Below are positions 62,178-64,000 of a DNA stretch of 64,000 bases, one piece after another. Position numbers and translations under genes: made by a program. Within the stretch, counting starts at the first letter, position 1. Each line of letters starts with the position of its first letter. The notes under the pieces were generated by a model, which was not told the DNA's origin, made no database searches, and saw nothing but the letters and a program-made list of their open reading frames with translations. The stretch lies in NCBI GenBank assembly GCA_017509485.1, contig JAFWPP010000032.1, positions 55,961 through 119,960 on the forward strand, read 5' to 3'. Source of the DNA: Oscillospiraceae bacterium. GTDB lineage: Bacteria > Bacillota > Clostridia > Oscillospirales > Oscillospiraceae.

Positions 62178-63203
62178 TTACTTGTTGATCCGGACACGCG
62201 GGTCGACCAGGCCGTAGCTCAGGTCGATGATCAGCATGCCCACAAGGCTGACGACCGTGTAGAACATCTGGATCGAAAGCGCCAGGTCAAAGTCATGGTT
62301 GTTCAGGGCGCTGATATAGAGCTTGCCCATGCCGTTGAGGTTGAAGGTATTCTCTATAATCACGGAGCCGCTGAAGATGCTCAGGAACCAGCCGATGATC
62401 AAGGTGATCACGGGCAGCAGGGCGTTGCGCCAGGCGTGGGAGTAAATGACGACCTTCTCCTTGACGCCCTTGGCACGGGCCGTCTTGATGTGGTCCATGC
62501 TCAGCGCGTCGACCATAGAGGCTCGGACGTAACGGGTCATGCCGCCCAGAGATGCGAAGGTCATAACGATCAGGGGCAGGCAAAAATAGTAAAGCGTGTC
62601 CGTGAACTTCCGGAATCCCGTGTAATTGGCGCCGGGAGTCCCCATGCCGCCCACCGGGAAGATCCGCAGCAGCACAGCGAAAATGTAGATGAAGACCAGG
62701 GCGACGATGTAGATCGGGATACTATAGCCCACGATGGTAAAGACCTGGGTGAAGTTATCCAGCTTTTTACCCTTATGGACAGCGCAGTATATTCCAAGTG
62801 GTATGGTGATGCCGAGGGCGAGGATGGTGGCGAATATGTTGATCAATACCGTATTCCCCATCGGCGCGCCGACGACTTCTATAACGGGTTTTTTGTAGAA
62901 GGAAGAATTGCCGAAGTTACCCTCCAGCAAGCCGCTGATTTTTCCAGTCTGTTTTTGTTTCGCCAGGCCCATCCATCGGGCATAGCGGACAATAATGCTG
63001 TCGTCCAGACCCATTTCTTCACGCAGCTCTTGATACATACGCTGATATACCTCAGGCTTCAGCGATTTCTTCTGGGCTTCCAGCTGGTTACGCGCGGGGT
63101 CGCTGGGAACCAGGTTGTAAAGAGCGTACATCAGGAATGAGACGACAAAGAAGACGACGACCATGTAGACTAATCTTTTTAAAATGTACTTTCCCACTGT
63201 CAT
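62178..63203 (-). CDS. oppB: OppB/DppB-type ABC permease
   Basis: 341 aa with typical OppB N-terminus (YILKRLVYMVVVFFVVSFLMY) and an EAA-loop region. The start may be the GTG at 63197, because the ATG at 63203 abuts GGAGGG. Confidence 0.9.
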   Translation of the reverse strand: MTVGKYILKRLVYMVVVFFVVSFLMYALYNLVPSDPARNQLEAQKKSLKPEVYQRMYQELREEMGLDDSIIVRYARWMGLAKQKQTGKISGLLEGNFGNSSFYKKPVIEVVGAPMGNTVLINIFATILALGITIPLGIYCAVHKGKKLDNFTQVFTIVGYSIPIYIVALVFIYIFAVLLRIFPVGGMGTPGANYTGFRKFTDTLYYFCLPLIVMTFASLGGMTRYVRASMVDALSMDHIKTARAKGVKEKVVIYSHAWRNALLPVITLIIGWFLSIFSGSVIIENTFNLNGMGKLYISALNNHDFDLALSIQMFYTVVSLVGMLIIDLSYGLVDPRVRINK

Positions 63204-63229
63204 CCCTCCAATTAGTTTGCTGTTTGCTT

Positions 63230-63277
63230 GGTTCTTTCAGCGCGGGAGCTTGCAAGGGCTCCCACGCTGAAAGAACC
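63230..63277 (-). promoter_or_regulatory. Long intercistronic hairpin between the binding-protein gene and oppB
   Basis: GGTTCTTTCAGCGCGGGAGC-ttgcaa-GGGCTCCCACGCTGAAAGAACC: ~20-bp stem with one mismatch. Confidence 0.6.
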
Positions 63278-63435
63278 AAGCATGGAGCCTGCATCGGAAT
63301 GAGTAATATGACTCGTACGACTGCTGAAAGCAGCAATTATTTGCCGTAAAGGTAAGAATGAATAGACCGCCGCATATCTGTATCGGATGTGCCTCCACTA
63401 CAGGGTATGCGTTGATCTATTCATGTTGTCCGGCC

Positions 63436-63466
63436 GGAAACAGGGAGGCGGGGCCTCCCTGTTTCC
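63436..63466 (-). terminator. Terminator-like hairpin 3' of the binding-protein gene (no clear U-tract)
   Basis: GGAAACAGGGAGGC-ggg-GCCTCCCTGTTTCC: perfect 14-bp stem, 46 nt after the stop. Confidence 0.5.
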
Positions 63467-63511
63467 ATTGGCCGTTAAGTATGGATTATTTTGCTGTCAG
63501 TCAGGAGTTGA

Positions 63512-64000
63512 TCACTCAATGGTGGCGTAAACAACAGCCTGCTGGAAGTCCCACAGAGCGTTGCACTCGAGGTTGTGGATCTTGGCAGCCATTACATCGT
63601 AGTAGATGTTGGAGTACAGGGGAACCTCGGGGAGGTAATCGTTCCACTCGTCGATGAAGTCGACCCACAGCTTCAGGTACTGCTCGGAGTCGCCGGCTTC
63701 CACGCCGTAGACCATGTTCATGGACAGGTCGTCGAGCTCCTTGCTGTTGGTGAAGTTGCTGTTGTAGCCCATCTCGTAGTACTTGGTGCCGGGCAGGCAG
63801 TAGTTGAAGGACATGTCGTAGGCAGCGGTGAAGTTGGTGGCCAGGTTGTACATGCCGTAGGTCTTGACGCCGTACTGCTCGCCGACGGAGGAGTCACGGT
63901 ACATGTAGTTCAGCAGGTCGTCGAAGGACATGATGTTCTGGTTGATCTGCATACCAGCCTTGGCAGTCTGCTCGCCGTTGGCCAGCATAACAGCCAGCAG
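63512..64000 (-). CDS. ABC transporter substrate-binding protein, family 5 (OppA-like), C-terminal part (5' end outside window)
   Basis: Frame is open to the window edge. Sequence has SBP-5 C-terminal character (YNLATNFTAAYDMSFNY..., LPEVPLYSNIYYDV). It is the first gene of the opp-like operon. Confidence 0.8.
   Translation of the reverse strand: MLAVMLANGEQTAKAGMQINQNIMSFDDLLNYMYRDSSVGEQYGVKTYGMYNLATNFTAAYDMSFNYCLPGTKYYEMGYNSNFTNSKELDDLSMNMVYGVEAGDSEQYLKLWVDFIDEWNDYLPEVPLYSNIYYDVMAAKIHNLECNALWDFQQAVVYATIE

Overview
High-GC Clostridia-like chromosomal segment, densely packed and mostly transcribed on the minus strand. The taxon guess (Oscillospiraceae-type spore-forming anaerobe) is inference only. 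About 50 protein genes are supportable. Housekeeping genes: typA, metK, rlmA, rlmB, lgt, metG and the rpmH-rnpA-yidD-yidC-jag cluster. Glycogen/starch genes: glgP and a GH13 enzyme. Envelope genes: a SEDS protein, PAP2, YfhO, GH2, SLH proteins and a 2014-aa surface protein. Transporters: CaCA, MATE, YibE/F and an Opp-type ABC importer. There is also a SleC-like spore cortex lytic locus. I saw no rRNA, tRNA, CRISPR array, transposase, integrase or obvious defence genes. Two riboswitches are visible: SAM-I upstream of metK and a yybP-ykoY (Mn2+)-like element upstream of the CaCA antiporter. The most interesting signals are: (1) an OppC permease with a seven-bladed RCC1-like propeller in its first external loop, next to an OppF carrying a ~170-aa coiled-coil insertion; (2) a family of GTAG-headed palindromic REP/REPIN-like elements, with five doublets, one singlet in frame inside metG, and a compound version forming a shared 5' leader for two unrelated genes; (3) a SleC-like enzyme whose N-terminal prepeptide is a separate gene; (4) a 1447-aa protein fusing a ~900-aa Pro/Glu-rich region to a P1B-ATPase-like module without catalytic motifs; (5) a membrane protein with six tandem RanBP2-type zinc fingers; (6) an EF-G paralogue lacking the catalytic His. 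Many long antisense ORFs in the track are codon-aligned shadow ORFs and were rejected. All family assignments come from motif recognition by eye, with no database search.
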